A DNA stretch of 64,000 nt from the human T2T-CHM13v2.0 reference genome, Homo sapiens. This document shows positions 1-14,433 of the stretch, one piece after another (the stretch's first letter is position 1; each line of letters begins with the position of its first letter). The notes beneath the pieces are model-generated. The model saw only the letters and a program-made list of their open reading frames with translations, was not told where the DNA came from and ran no database searches. Where the stretch lies: assembly GCF_009914755.1 (NCBI RefSeq), contig NC_060930.1. One strand, given 5' to 3'. Position numbers and translations under genes: made by a program.

Positions 1-89
1 GGGGGTCATTTTTCTTTCATCTCAAGCTTGCTAATGATGTTATCTAAACTTTTAATACACTCATAAAAAATGTTTTGCTGCTTGATTCA

Positions 90-600
90 TCAGTTACTCA
101 GAGAAGTTTGTAAATTCTTACACTGTTATTGTAGATTTGTCCATTATGGCCTTATACATTTTGAGGCTATGCTAAAAAGTTTACAGGTTGCAATTAAATG
201 TTTATCATCATATAGCAATACTCTTTATGCTTAGTGACGTTTTGCCTTGAAGACTATTTTGACTGGCCTATCTCTCCACCATGATGTTAGTGAATTGGGG
301 TGTAGTATATCTTTTCCCCTTTACTTTTGACCTTTCTGTGTACTCATAATTTAGATGTTTCTTTCATTCTCCTTGACAATCTATAACTTTTAACTGTCAA
401 GTCTATTAAATTTATAGTAATTACTATTACTAATAGATCTAAATTTATTTCTACAATTTTGTTTTGTGCTACATCTCCTGATTTTGCAATAGTTTTCTTT
501 GTTCTTTCTTTTGGTCTAATTAAGTTTTGTTGTTTTACTCCAATGCTCCAACACAGTGTATCTAGGTGATGATTTTTTTTTTAATGTATCCTATCGGAGA
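90..600 (-). mobile_element. Highly decayed L1M (ORF2 endonuclease-region) fragment
   Basis: Colinear, degraded similarity to the L1 at 12600-13370 (gagaagtttgtaaattcttacactgttattgtag ~ gaaatgttgaagtctcccactattattgtg; cttttcccctttacttttgacct ~ ttttcctccatccctttattttgagcct). Confidence 0.55.
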
Positions 601-1885
601 TTTCCAAATGAGCCACATTTTTCATTGGTTCAGAAAGTTCTGCTTGGACATCACCTTTCCATCATTCTCTATTACTGGATGTCCTGAAATGTGGAAGGAC
701 AAGCCTACCATCCCCAACTTTCATGAGTGAAGGCTTTCAGGCCTGATTACTCATGTCCTAGTTCAGTTGTGGCACTGTAATGAGAAAAGTCATAAAACAG
801 AAGAAAAGATCAATTGAGATATGCATTTAAGGTTTGTTAGGCATTTTGAGGAACTATAGTGTCTCCTACAGCTTTTCTGTGTTAAAAACAAAAAGATCCC
901 TACCCTCACACTGACCCATTTGCCACAGCCACCATTAATTATACTGTGACAGATACAAGTGATTCTATGAAGGAAACAAGGAAGCTTCATGTTCAATATT
1001 AAGTGTTAGGGACATGTGATGACATCTGTGGTCTCTCACAGACTGGGAATTAAGAGATGTGGTTTTTTAGGGCACACTTCTGTCATATGCTACAACTTTG
1101 CCTTGGCCCATAATATACCTTCTCGGCGCCTGTGAAACATGTCATCACTGTATTTGGAAGATTAATAGATTTGCAGATTCACAACCAAGAGGTGGGATGG
1201 AAAAATCTCTACAGAGCACTTATAATATGAAAAGCATATTCATTATTATAATAGGATTTGGTGATTTCATATTGCTTTCATAATATGAACTAGAGAGGGT
1301 GGATTTGCCAAATTCCTCTTGCGTGGTGAAGACAGTTGGCAGTCAGACTTTTAGTTAAAACTCTAAACCTGGCAAATAGTCAGGATTATTTGAGAAGGTT
1401 CTTACAAATACTCTGAGGTGACTCTCACCGTAGGCTTTAAATATCATCCATCCTCTACTCCAGGCTAAACCTTTCCCAGTTACCTTTGGTGTATTTTCTT
1501 CATCGCTCTTTCCACAATATGTGGTTAGATTTTTGTTTGTTTGTTCATTTCTTTTAGGACAGTCTTCCTCAGTGGACTGTGTGGTCCACAAAGACAGAGA
1601 TGTTGACTGTTATTGTCTTCATTCTGTACATAAAGCTTACCCTAGGGCCTAGAACCTGGTAAATGCCCAATATATATGTGAAGGGATGAAGGAATAATTT
1701 CTTCCAACATTCCTGTTGGATTTCTGTAATCCAACAGAAACCTCTTTAGTGTGACCCAGGAATTTATGTGTAAAGTTCTGGAGATGATTTTGATAGCCAA
1801 CACATTGAAGAACACACTAGTTTCTGACAAAGTGACTTTGTCATAACTAAGGAGAATATATCAGAATTTTTGATGGCATGGGAGC

Positions 1886-2393
1886 AGGGCCAGTTTAATG
1901 AGGGTTTGATTAGGAGTTCTCAGAAGGGCTCCTTTCCCTCCCCGTCCTGCACTTGAGGCTCAGTACTCTGCAGTCTTGGTGTTCTTATTTTTACCTTTGA
2001 ATTTGTGTTTTGTAAGTGAAGTCTGATGGGATGATAGAGTATGAGCAGGGGTTTGGAGCCTCTGCTCAGAATCACCTGCTTCTCACCATTTCACTACCTT
2101 CCCGGTAGGGGCTGCAGCTGCCTGCACAGCCCCTGCCCAGTGACGCTGTTACCCTTTCCCCAGGTGGGGTCAGAGCACAGGTCTAGGAAGCAATAGAGTC
2201 CAGCCCACACACAAAGTCATGGTATGTGACCCTTGGATGCCAGCAAGGGTACAGAAGTTTGATGTTAAATAACAAAGAATGCCATAATGGGTCAATAGAG
2301 ACAACAGAAAAAAGGAAAATGCTTTTTTCCTGCATTTTGAATAAGGAGCCTAGCATTTTTCTTTTATAGTCAACAATTTACGTAGCCAGCTGT
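1886..2393. mobile_element. MER91/Zaphod-type hAT-Tip100 DNA transposon fossil
   Basis: Starts cagggccag and ends ttttgaataaggagcctagcatttt...aatttacgtagccagctgtg, resembling recalled MER91 termini; internal tttgaatttgtgttttgtaagtgaagtctgatggga. Confidence 0.55.
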
Positions 2394-4300
2394 GGGGACA
2401 GGAGATATTACTTTGACAAAAAGGGTCATGTATGTATATCTCCAGTTGAGAAACACCATTCCCAGGTTTACTTTCTCAATTAAGACATATTACCACCCAG
2501 TGGATGGTGGTGCCTACGTGTCTTTTGCTCCAATTAGACTTTTTCAAAACTGACACAGAGAGTTACTTCTTTTCAACTAAATTAAGCTTTCTTGATACAA
2601 ATGTGATTTTACTAAAATGTTAAGAATAGATATTAACTATTTTATTGCAAAATGCATTTTATATCACAATTTGAAGAATTGCATATAAGCAACTTATTCC
2701 CTAACTCTTATAATTATAAATTTTTATTCTTCAGTCTTTCCATTTCAAACTTATGTTCTTCCCCTCCTCTCACTACCTACAATACCTAAAGACTTCTAGC
2801 TCGCTTTAGAGGAAGTTCCAGTAGTTTCTAGTTGACGCTCTCGGCCTGTGTGTTGTTCAAACTCTTAAGTCTATGTCCAAGAGTTTTTCTTTCTCTAGGG
2901 TGCTCTGATCTTCCCTCATGTAAATTTGCAGAAGTCTCTCAAGTGTTGAGGTGTCAGTGGAAAACCTCAAGTCCCCAAGAAGTGGCCCACTTAACATCAA
3001 ATGCTGAGATGGCCAAGAAGCTGCCTGGGAAATGCTGAGCCACTTGGTTAAACAATGAACTCTGATACTGAAGCAGGCCATGCTGAGACAGCTTGACCAC
3101 CAACAAGAAATACCAACTATTGTTCTTGATCATGTCTCAGCCCTGCCTCACTGCTCGTGTGGTTTCACCAATATTTGACCATGGTTTCATGTTTTAGGAA
3201 CTTATTTCCTGTCTATCTGCCATGCCATTTATCTCTAAGTTTCTCCAGAGGGGCCTGTTTATCCAGCAAAGGAACAATTTTATTCCCATTATTGGTTATT
3301 CATGAACAATGACCTCCCTCTTTCCACCACTCCTAGCCAATTAGGGATTTCTTGATCTTGCCCTTAATTCTACTCACCAAGCTTAGCCTGGAGTGCCTAA
3401 TCCAGCCTCCTGTCATCTGTAAAATATACCTGTGTACCCTTCACCAGCAGCACCCAAGAGCCAGTTACTTGATCTTGCGCCAAAATCTATTCACCAAACC
3501 CCAATCTGCAGCACCTAATTCAACTACAGGCACCTTGCATAACACTAGCATTGTGCAAGTTGGAGCAGTTCGTGGCTACACTCTGGGCCCCAGAACAGGG
3601 GTATGACTTCTCCCCATCGAAATGAATCACAGCTCCAAAGCACAGCTTTTCAATTCTGATTTATTTCAAAACTTATGATCTTTCTAACAGGTTGCATTAC
3701 TAGAGCTCTTCTTGATGGATAAAACCATAGAAAAGTGTTCAAAATCCTTATGAGGAAATTGTGCAAGTTGCCTCATGCTTAGAGGATGCTATCTCATTGG
3801 GACAAAGCCTACCTCGCAGAGCAGCCCAGGACAGCCTTTGTGAACCCAGGTGGGTAGGGTCATGTCCTTGCTGATCCACCACTGCCTTTGGATCTAACAC
3901 CCAATTTCCTATAGGTGCAGATGGGAACGGCTGACAGAGAAGAGAGAGAACAATGATGAAGGCAAATTACCATTTATTTATATTTTGGATGTGAACATTA
4001 CACCAGGGCCTTCTCTAATAAGCACTGGTCTTTTAAAAGAAAAGAAATTTTCAATACTACTGTATGGAAAACGCATGTTCCTGCCCAATACCCATGTTTC
4101 TGTCCAGGGTCAGCTCATTTCTTTCCTTAACTATAAACATCCAGGAGCTCCATCTTCCAGGCTGCCTCTAGCATTAAATCAAGAGCTTCTGAAGATCCTT
4201 AAAGTCCTTGGAATTGTATGTCAAATAATGTGTCCATATTTCCTTGAGTATTTTTTAAAAGAAGAAGTGCAGTAGATTTCATTAGATTTTAAAGGGTGTC

Positions 4301-6401
4301 TATATTTGTTCGTTCTCATGTTGCTATAAGGGCATACTGCAGACTGGGTAATTTATAAAGGAAAGAGATTTAATTGACTCACAGTTCTGCAGGGCTGAGA
4401 GGGCCTCAGGAAACTTATAATCATGGCAGAAGGGGAAGCACACACATCTTTCTTCACAACATGGGAGGAGAGAGAAGAATGAGAGCCAAGCCAAGGGGGA
4501 AGCCCATTAAAAAACCATCAGATCTCATGAGAACTTACTCACTACCATGAGAATAGCATGGGGGAAACCACCCCCATGATTCAATTACCTCCTGCTGGGT
4601 CCCTCCCACCACACATGGGGATTATGGGAACTACAATTCAAGGTGAGATTTGGTACAGTCAAACCATATCATTCCAGCCCTAGCCCCTCTCAACTCTTGT
4701 GTCCACACATTTCAAAACACAGTCATGCCTTTCCAACATCCCTCAAAGTCTTAGTTCATTCCAGCATTAACCCAAAAGTCCAAGTCCAAAGTTTCATCTG
4801 ACACAAGGCAAGTTCCTTCAGCCTATGAAACTGTAAAATCAAAAACAAGTTAGTTACTTCCTAGACATAATGGAGGTATGGCATTAGGTAAATACTCCCA
4901 GTCCAAATAGGGGAAATTGGCCAAAACAAAGGGGCTAAAGGCCCCATGCAAGCCCAAAATCCAAAAAGGCATTTATTAAATCTTAAAGCTCCAAAATAAT
5001 CTCCTTTGACTCCATGTCTCACATCCAGGTCACGCTGATGCAAGAGGTGGGCTCCCATGGCCTTTGGCAGCTCCAACCCTGTGGTTTTCCAGGGTACAGC
5101 CCCCCTTCAGGCTGTTTCACAGGCTGCTGTTGGGTTCCTGCAGCTTTTCCAGGCACACGGGTATAAGCTGTAGGTGGATCTACCATTCTGGGGTCCAGAG
5201 GATGGTGCCCCTCTTCTCACAGCTCCACTAAAGACAGTGCCCCAGTGGGGACTCTGTGTGGGGGCTTCAATCCCACATTTGCCATCTGTACTGCCCTAAC
5301 AGAAGTTTTCCATGAGAGCTCCACTCCTGCAGCAAACTTCTTCCTGGACATCCAGGCACTTCCATACATCCCCTGAAATCTGCGTGGAGGTTCCCAAACC
5401 TCAATTCCTGACTTCTGTGCACCCACAGGCTCAATGCCATGTGGAAGCTGCCAAGGCTTAGGGCTTGCACCCTCTGAAGCTATGGCCTGAGCTGTACCTT
5501 GGCCCCTTTTAGCCACATCTGGAGTGGCTGGCATACAGGACACCAAGTCTCTAGACTGCACACAGCAAGGGAGGCCCTGGGCCCTGGCCCATGAAACAAT
5601 GTTTTCCTCCTAGGCTTCTGGGTCTGTGATGAGAGGGGCTGCTGCAAAGGTCTCTGACATGCCCTGGAGACATTTTCCCCCTTGTCTTGGTAATTAACAT
5701 TCAACTCCTGGTTACTCATGCAAATTTCTGCAGAGGGCTTGAATTTCTCCCCAGAAAATGGGTTTTGCTTTTCTATTGCATCATCAGGCTACATATTTTT
5801 CAAACTTTTATGCTCTGTTTCCTCTTGAACACTTTGCCACTTAGAAATTTCTTCCTCCAGATATTCTAAATTATCTCTCTCAAGTTCAAAGTTTCAAACT
5901 TTCCCACATTTTCCTGTCTTCTTCTGAGTCCTCCAAACCATTCCAACCTCTGCCTGTTACCCAGTTCCAAAGTAGCTTTCACATTTTCGGGTATCCTTAT
6001 AGCAGCACCCCACTCTCTGTGGTACCAATTTACTGTTTCAGTCTGTTCTCAAACTGCTATAAGGATGTGTATGAGACTGGGTATTTTTTAAAGGAAAGAG
6101 GTTTGATTGACTAGTAGTTCCACAGGGCTGGGGAAGTCCACAGGGCTGGGGAGATAGAAGAGGAAGAACACATGTCCTTCTTCACAAGGTATGAGGAGAA
6201 AGAATAATGAGAGCCGAGCCAAGGGGGAAGCCCCTTATAAAACCATCACATCTCATGAGAAATTACTATCACAAGAATAGCATGGGGGAACCACCCCCAT
6301 GATTCAATTACCTCCCACTGGGTCCCTCCCATCACACATGGGGATTACGGGAATTACAATTCAAGATGAGATTTGGGTGGAGACACAGCCAAACCATATC
6401 A
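4301..6401 (-). mobile_element. THE1 (THE1C/D-like) ERVL-MaLR provirus: LTR 6034-6401, internal 4672-6033, LTR 4301-4671
   Basis: Two homologous ~370-bp LTRs ending aaaccatatca; internal region begins GTAAATTGGTACC on the minus strand; perfect 5-bp TSD gtgtc at 4296-4300 and 6402-6406. Confidence 0.95.
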
Positions 6402-7567
6402 GTGTCCGTGATGCAAAAATGTTTTAAATCTCAGTTGAATTGTGAACAAGTGGTTTTATCCACCAAGATGTGAGATATTAAGACATTTTAGACCAGTGCC
6501 ATTCTCGTAGTCTTAGAAGACCCTGGCCAATGGGTGCCAATTGAACTTGAATCTTATAATTCATGAGCCCCCAAACTATGAACTATAGTCAAAAACCATG
6601 TCAGGACAATCATCTGGGACAGTGGTTTTCTGAATGTGTCAATAGTGGTTAGGATTCCATGGATGCCTCGGGATTTTCTGTATGGGTGAAAAACATAAAA
6701 ACATTAGGACCAAGATGGGGGGGATCTACTTCCAGCTGCAAGCACATTAATTCTTTTGTTATATGGTTTATAGACTGCGGTTACAATTCAATGCCAGTTT
6801 TTCAAAATTCTATTAGCGAAAGAAGGTATTGAACTTTGCTTTAAGGTTTGAAAGTTACAGCTGTAAGATGTCACAGCTCCTTTGCTCACTGATGGTGACT
6901 ACATAACTTCACCAGTAACCATTACTGAATTTATTAATAAATACGACTATCAGCATATACACTACCTATGCTCACATTGGCAAATGGAACTCTTCTCATG
7001 TTGATTGTAGCCAATTGGTGGAGGACACCTAGAAGACATTCCTTAGAAAGATTCTGAGCCAGGCTGGCTCAGCAGAAAACAGGGCCAGTAATAATGTCTA
7101 CCATGATCTCAGGAGGGTATTATGTATTTCAGACTCCTATTCTGGGTCATTTGTGGAGAATAGCTGGCCTGAGCCTGTGCCGCACAAAATATGAATTCCA
7201 ACATGGTTATTTTGTCTCTATGAAAACCACAACTTAATCTCATAATGATTTTTTATTGATTCCGTAAACTAAGCTCCAGAGCCTCCACCCTTCCCAGCCT
7301 CACTTCTGCTGCTTTGCCAGACTTGACCTTGGGCACACAGTTATCATTTATATTGGTAAATGTTAAGAAACAATTGAAGAGAGAAACACCCTGACTGTGT
7401 TCTGCACAGAAAGGAGTATTAACTTGTAAATGGGGAGTGATGTGGCTCAGATTGCCAAAGCAGTTATTAACTCTTAGTCAACCTTCCAATCTGAACTCTA
7501 GGGAAGTCACTCCTGACTCCAGGCTGATGAGTGATTTCCTTTACTCCTCTGAGTTGAAAGTTATATA

Positions 7568-7579
7568 TGTGTGTATGTG

Positions 7580-7614
<35 letters not shown>

Positions 7615-7615
7615 G
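7568..7615. repeat. (TG)n microsatellite, interrupted
   Basis: Direct reading. Confidence 0.95.
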
Positions 7616-9400
7616 CATGGATGTGATCAAATATGTCTGTCCTACTAAGCTGTAAGCCCCAGGAAAGTCTATTTTTTTATATTTTTAAAATTGATATGTC
7701 ATAATTATACATATTTTGAAGGTACATGTCATATTTTGATACATTGTCCAATTATTACATCAGGGTAATTGAGATATCCATCTCCTTAAACATTTATCTT
7801 TTCTTTATTTAGGAAACATAATCCTTTTCTTCTAGTGAATTTGAAATAATATAATAAATTATTGTTAACTGTAATTTCCCTACCATGTTATCGAATGCTA
7901 GAACGTATTCCTTCTATCTAACTGTACTTTTGTACCCATTAACTAACTTCTCTTTATTCCACCTTACTTTCCTTCCTAGCCTCTGGTAGTCACCATTCTA
8001 CTCTCAAGGTCCATGAGATCTACATTTTTAGCTCCTACATATGAGTGACAACATGTGATGTTTGTCTTCCTGTGTCTGGCTTATTTCACTTAGCATAATC
8101 ATCTCCACTTCCATCCTTGTTACTGCAAATGACAAGATTTTAATCTTTTTTGTGGCTGAATAATATTCCATTATTTGTTGGTCCATTGATAAACATTTCA
8201 TATTTTGAATAGTGCTGCAGTAAACAGGTAGCCCTTTGATGTACCTATTTCCTTTCTTATAGATACATATCCAGCAGTGGAATTCCAGGATCATACGTTA
8301 GTTCTATGTTTAGTTTTATGAGGAAACTCCATATCGTTTTTCATTTTGGCTGCACTATTTTACATTTCTTCCAACAATGTGCAAGTATTCCAAGTATTCC
8401 CTTTTCTCCATATCCCCACCAGCATTTGTTAATTTTTGTCTTTTTGATAATAATCATTCTAACTGGGGTGAGATATCTTATTGTGGCACTGATTTTCATT
8501 TCCCTGGTGATTAGTGATGTTGAACATTTTTTCATATACCTGTTGGCATTTGTATCTCTACTTTGAGAAATGTCTATTCAGGTCTTTTGCCTATTTTTTA
8601 TTTTTATTATTTATTTATTTGCTTATTTTAAACTTATTTTAGGTTCAGGGTACATGTGCAGGTTTGTTATATAGGTAAAACCATGTCATGGGGATTTGTT
8701 GTACAGATTATTACATCACCCACATATTAAGCCTACTACTCAATAGTTATTTTTTCTGATGCTCTTCATCCTCCTACCCTCCACCCTCAAGTTGGTCCCA
8801 GTGTCTGTTGTTCCCCTCTTTGTGTTTGTGTGTTCTCATCATTTAGCACCCACCTATAAGCGAGAACATGTGGTATTTGGTTTTCTGTTCCAGCATTAGT
8901 TTGCTAAGGATTATGGCCTCTAGCACCATCTATGTTCCTGCAAAGACACGATCTTATTCTTTTTTATGGCTGCATAGTATTCCATGGTGTATAAGAAGCA
9001 CACGTTCTTTATTCAGTCTGTCATTGATGGCCATTTAGGCTGATTCCGTGTCTTTGCTATTGTAAATAGTGCTGCAGCGAACATACGTGCATGTGTCTTT
9101 TTGGTAGAACAATTTATATTCATTTGGGTATATACCATAATGGGATTGCTGGGCCAAATGGTAGCTCTGTTTTTAGCTATTTGAGGAATTGCCACAGTGC
9201 TTTCCACAATGGTTGAGCTAATTTACACTCCCAACAGTGTATAAGGGTTCCCTTTTCATCACAACCTTGCCAGTAACCTTTTAATAATAGCCATTCTGAC
9301 TGGTGTGAGATGGTATCTCATTGTGGTTTTGATTTGCATAACTTCAATGATCAGTGATATTGAGCTTTTCTTCATATGCTTGTTGGCAACATGTATGTCT

Positions 9401-9703
<303 letters not shown>

Positions 9704-9914
9704 TGGCAACATGTATGTCTTCCTTTGAGAAGTGTCTGTTTGTGTTCTTTGCCCACGTTTTAATGGGGTTGTCTGTTTTTTACTTGCAATTCAAGTTCCT
9801 TAAAGATGCTAGATTTTAGGCCTTTTGTCAGATGCATAGTTTACAAATATTTTTCTGCCCTTTATGTCAGTTGTCTGTTTACTTTATTAATAGTTTATTT
9901 TGCTGTGCAGAAGC

Positions 9915-10090
9915 TCTTTAGTTTATTTGTCAATTTTTGCTTTTGTTGGAATTGCTTTTGGCATCTTCGTCATGAAATCTTTGCCAGTTCCTATATTTAG
10001 AATCTTTAGTTTATTTGTCAATTTTTGCTTTTGTTGGAATTGCTTTTGGCATCTTCGTCATGAAATCTTTGCCAGTTCCTATATTTAGAA
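9915..10090. repeat. Perfect 88-bp tandem duplication inside L1 ORF2
   Basis: 9915-10002 is identical to 10003-10090. Confidence 0.95.
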
Positions 10091-11909
10091 TGGTATTGCC
10101 TAGATTGTCTTTTAGGGTTGGTATAGTTTGAGGTTTTACATTTAAGTCTTTTGTCCACCCTGAGTTGATTTTTGTGTATGGTATAAGGAAGGAGTCTAAT
10201 TTCAATCTTCTGCATATGGCTAGCCCATTATCCCAACACCATTAATTGAATAGGGAGTCCTTTCTCTCTTGCTTGTTATTGTCAGCTTTATCAAAGTGGT
10301 TGTAGGTGTGTGGCCTTATTTCTGGGCTCTCTATTCTGTTCCATTGGTCTATGTGTCTGTTTTTGTACCAGTACCATGCTGTTTCTGTTACTGTAGCCCT
10401 ATACTATAGTTTGAATCAGGTAAGGTAACATAATGCCTCCAGCTTTGTTATTTTTGCTTAGAATTGCCTTGGCTATTTGGGCTCTTTTTTGGTTCCATAT
10501 GAATTTTAAAATAGTATTTTCTGGTTCTATGAAGAATGTCATTGGTAGCTTGATAGGAATAGCATTTAATCTGTATATTGCCTTGGGCAGTATGGCCATT
10601 TTAAAGAATTTGATTCTTGCCTATTCATGAGCATGGAATGTTTTTTCATATGTTTGTATAATCTCTGATTTCTTTGAGCAGTGTTTTATAATTCTCATTG
10701 TAGAGATATTTCATCTCCCTAGTTAGCTGTATTCTTAGCTGTATTTTATTCTTTTGGGGGCAGTTGTGAATAGGAGTGTGTTCTTGACACTTGACTTGGC
10801 TGTTGTTGGTGTATAGGAATGCTAGTAATTTTTGTATGTCAATTGTGTATCCTGAAACTTTGCTGAAGTTGTTGACCAGCTGAGGGAGCTTTTGGGCTGA
10901 GACTACAGGGTTTTCTAGATATAGAATCATGCCATCTGCAAGCAGGAATAGTTTGACTCCCTCTCTCCCTACTTGGATGCCCTTTATTTCCTTCCCTTGC
11001 CTAATTGCTTTGGCCAGGATTTCCAACACTATGTTGAATAGGAGTAGTGAGAGAGGGCATTTTTGTTTTGTTCTGGTTTTCAAAAGGAATGCTTCCAACT
11101 TTTGCCCATTCAATATGATGTTGACTGTGGGTTTGTCATAGATTGCTCTTATTATTTTGAGGTATGTTCCTTTAATACCTACTTTATTGAGAGTTTTTAA
11201 CATGAAGCTATGTTGAATTTTATCAAAAGCCTTTTCTGCAGCTACTGAGATGATCACGTGGTTTTTGTCTTTAGTTCTGTTTATGTGATGAAATCACATT
11301 CATTGATTTGTGTATTTTGAACCAACCTTGCCTCCCAGGGATAACCTACTTCATAAGGGTGGATTAGTCTTTTTGATTTGCTGCTGAACTTGGTTTGCTA
11401 GTATTTTGTTGAAGATTTTTCCATCAATGTTCATCAAGGATACTGGCCTAAAGTTTTGTTTGTTGTGTCTCTGCCAGGTTTTGGTATCAGGATGATGCTG
11501 GCCTCATAGAATGAGTTGGGGAGGAGTCCCTTCTCCTCAATTTTTTGAAACAGTTTCACTAGAAATGATACCAGCTCTTCTTTGTACATGTGGTAGAATT
11601 TGGCTGTAAATCCATCTGGTCCTGGGCTTTTTTTTAGTTGGAAGGCTATTACTGATTCAATTTCAAAACTCCATTATTGGTCTGTTCAGGGAATCAATTT
11701 CTTCCTAGCTCAGTCTTGGGACAGTGTATATGTCTAGGAACTTATCCATCTTTTCAAGGTTTTCTAGTTTTTTTTGCACAGAGGTGTTCATAGTAGTCTC
11801 TAGTGGTTGTTTGTATTTCTGTGGGGTCAATGGTAACATCCCCTTTGTTATTTATAATTGTGTTTATTTGGATCTTCTCTCTAGTCTTCTTTATTTAGCT
11901 AACAGCATA

Positions 11910-11911
<2 letters not shown>

Positions 11912-11956
<45 letters not shown>
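11912..11956. repeat. T45 homopolymer inside L1
   Basis: Direct count. Confidence 0.95.
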
Positions 11957-12871
11957 CAAAAAACCAACACCTGGATTCATTGATCTTTGTGATGGTTTCT
12001 TGTGTCTTTACCTGCTTCATTCAGTTCAGCTCTGATTTTGGTTATTTCTTGTCTTTTGCTAGCTTTGGGGTTGATTTGCTCTTGCTTCTCTAGTTCTTTA
12101 GTTCTGATTTTAGCTTGTTAATTTGAGGTCTTTCTAACTTTTTGACGTTGGCATTTAGTGCTGTAAAGTTCTCTCTTAACACTACCTTAGGTGTGTCCTA
12201 GAAATTCTGGCATGCTGTATCTTTATTCTTATTAGTTTCAGAGAACTTCTTGATTTTTGCCTTAATATCATTATTTATCCAAAAGTCATTCAGAAGCAGG
12301 GTAATTCTCATGTAATTGTATGGTTTTGAGCAATTTTCTTAGTCTTGATTTCTATTTTTATTACACTGTGGCTCAGAAGAGTGTTTGGTGTGATTTCAAC
12401 TCTTTTGCATTTGCTGAGGATTGTCTTATGTCGGATTGTGTGGTCAATTTTAGAGTATGTGCTACATGGCAGTGAGAAGAATGTCTATTCCGTTGTTTTA
12501 GGGGTGGAGAGTTCTGCAGAGGTTTATCACATCCATATGATCCAATGTTGAGTTCAGGTCCTGAATTTTTGCTAATTTTCTGCCTTGAAGATCTGTCTAA
12601 TACTGACAGTGAAATGTTGAAGTCTCCCACTATTATTGTGTGGGAGTCTAACTCTCGTTGTAGGTCTCTAAGAACTTGCCTTGTGAATCTGGGTGCTCTT
12701 GTGTTGGGTGCATATATATTTAGTATAGTTAGGTCTTCTTGTTGATTTGAACCCTTTACCATTATGTAATGCCCTTCTTTGTCTTTTTAAATCTTTGTTG
12801 GTTTAAAGTCTGTTTTGACTGAAACTAGGATTGCAACCCCTGTTATTTTATGATTTCCATTTGCTTGGTAG

Positions 12872-13189
<318 letters not shown>

Positions 13190-14352
13190 AATCCCTTTAT
13201 TTTGAGCCTATGGATGTCATTGCATGTGAGATGGGTCTCTTGAACACAGCATACCATTGAGTCTTGCTTTTTTGTCCAGCTTGTCACTCTGTGCCTTTTA
13301 AATGAGGTATTTAGCCTGTTTACATTCAATATTAGTATTAATATGTGTGGATTTGAACCTGTCATTGTCTTTTTAGCTGGCTATTATGCCGACTTGTTTG
13401 TGTGGTTGCTTTACACAGTCACTAGTCTATGTACTTAAGTGTGTTTTTGTATTGCCTGGTAACAAACTTTCCTTTCCATATTTAGTGTTCCTTTCAAGAC
13501 ATCTTGTAAGGCTGATCTAGTGGCAACAAACTCCCTCAGATTTTGCTTACCTGAAAAGTATCTTATTTCTCCCTCACTGAGGAAGCTTAGTTTGGATGGA
13601 TATGAAATTCTTGGTTGAAGATTTTTTTTTAAGAATGTTAAATATAGGTCCCAAATTTCTTCTGGCTTGTAGGGTTTCAGCCAAAAGGTCCACTGTTAGC
13701 CTGATGGGGTTCCATTTGTAGGTGACCTGCTTTTTCTTTCTAGCTGCCTTTAACATTCTTTCTTTCATTTCAACCTTGGAAAATCTGATGATTATATGTC
13801 TTGAGGATGATCTTCTTATGTAGAATCTTGCAGGGGTTCTCTATATTTCCTGAATTTGACTGTTGGCCTCTCTAGTGAGGTTGGGGATATTTCCATGGAT
13901 GATATCATGAAACATATTTTCCAAGTTGTTTACTTTTTTCCCATTCCTTTCAGGGATGCCAACAGTTCCTAAATTTGGCCTCTTTACATACTCCCATATT
14001 TTTTGGAGGTTTTGTCCATTCCTTTTCATTCTTTTTTCTTTATTTTTATCTGTCTAACTTCAGAGAGCCAGTGTTCAAGTTCCAAAATTATTTCCTTAGC
14101 TTATTCTGCTGTTAATACTTGTGATTGCATCATGAAATTCTTGCAGTGTGTTTTTCAGCTCTATCAGATCAGTTAGGTTCTTTTTTATACTGGCTATTTC
14201 ATCTGTCAGTTTCTGTATTGTTTTATTGTGATTCTTACTTTTCTTAGATTGGGTTCTGCCATTCTCCTGAATCTCGATGATCTTTGTTTCTATCCATATT
14301 CTGAATTCTATTTCTGTAATTTCAGCCCACTCAGCCTGGTTAAGAACACTTG

Positions 14353-14433
14353 TTGGAGAACTAGTGCAGTTGTTTGGAGGACATAAGACATTTTTGGAGA
14401 ACTAGTGCAATTGTTTGGAGGACATAAGACATT
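14353..14433. repeat. 41-bp tandem duplication in L1
   Basis: ttggagaactagtgca(g/a)ttgtttggaggacataagacatt x2. Confidence 0.9.

Noticed and set aside
4861-5869. ORFs within the THE1 internal region
   Set aside because: Frameshifted MaLR internal remnants
10646-11257. 203-aa ORF with reverse-transcriptase motifs
   Set aside because: Fragment of decayed L1 ORF2 (catalytic FADD mutated to LADG, flanked by frameshifts); not a gene
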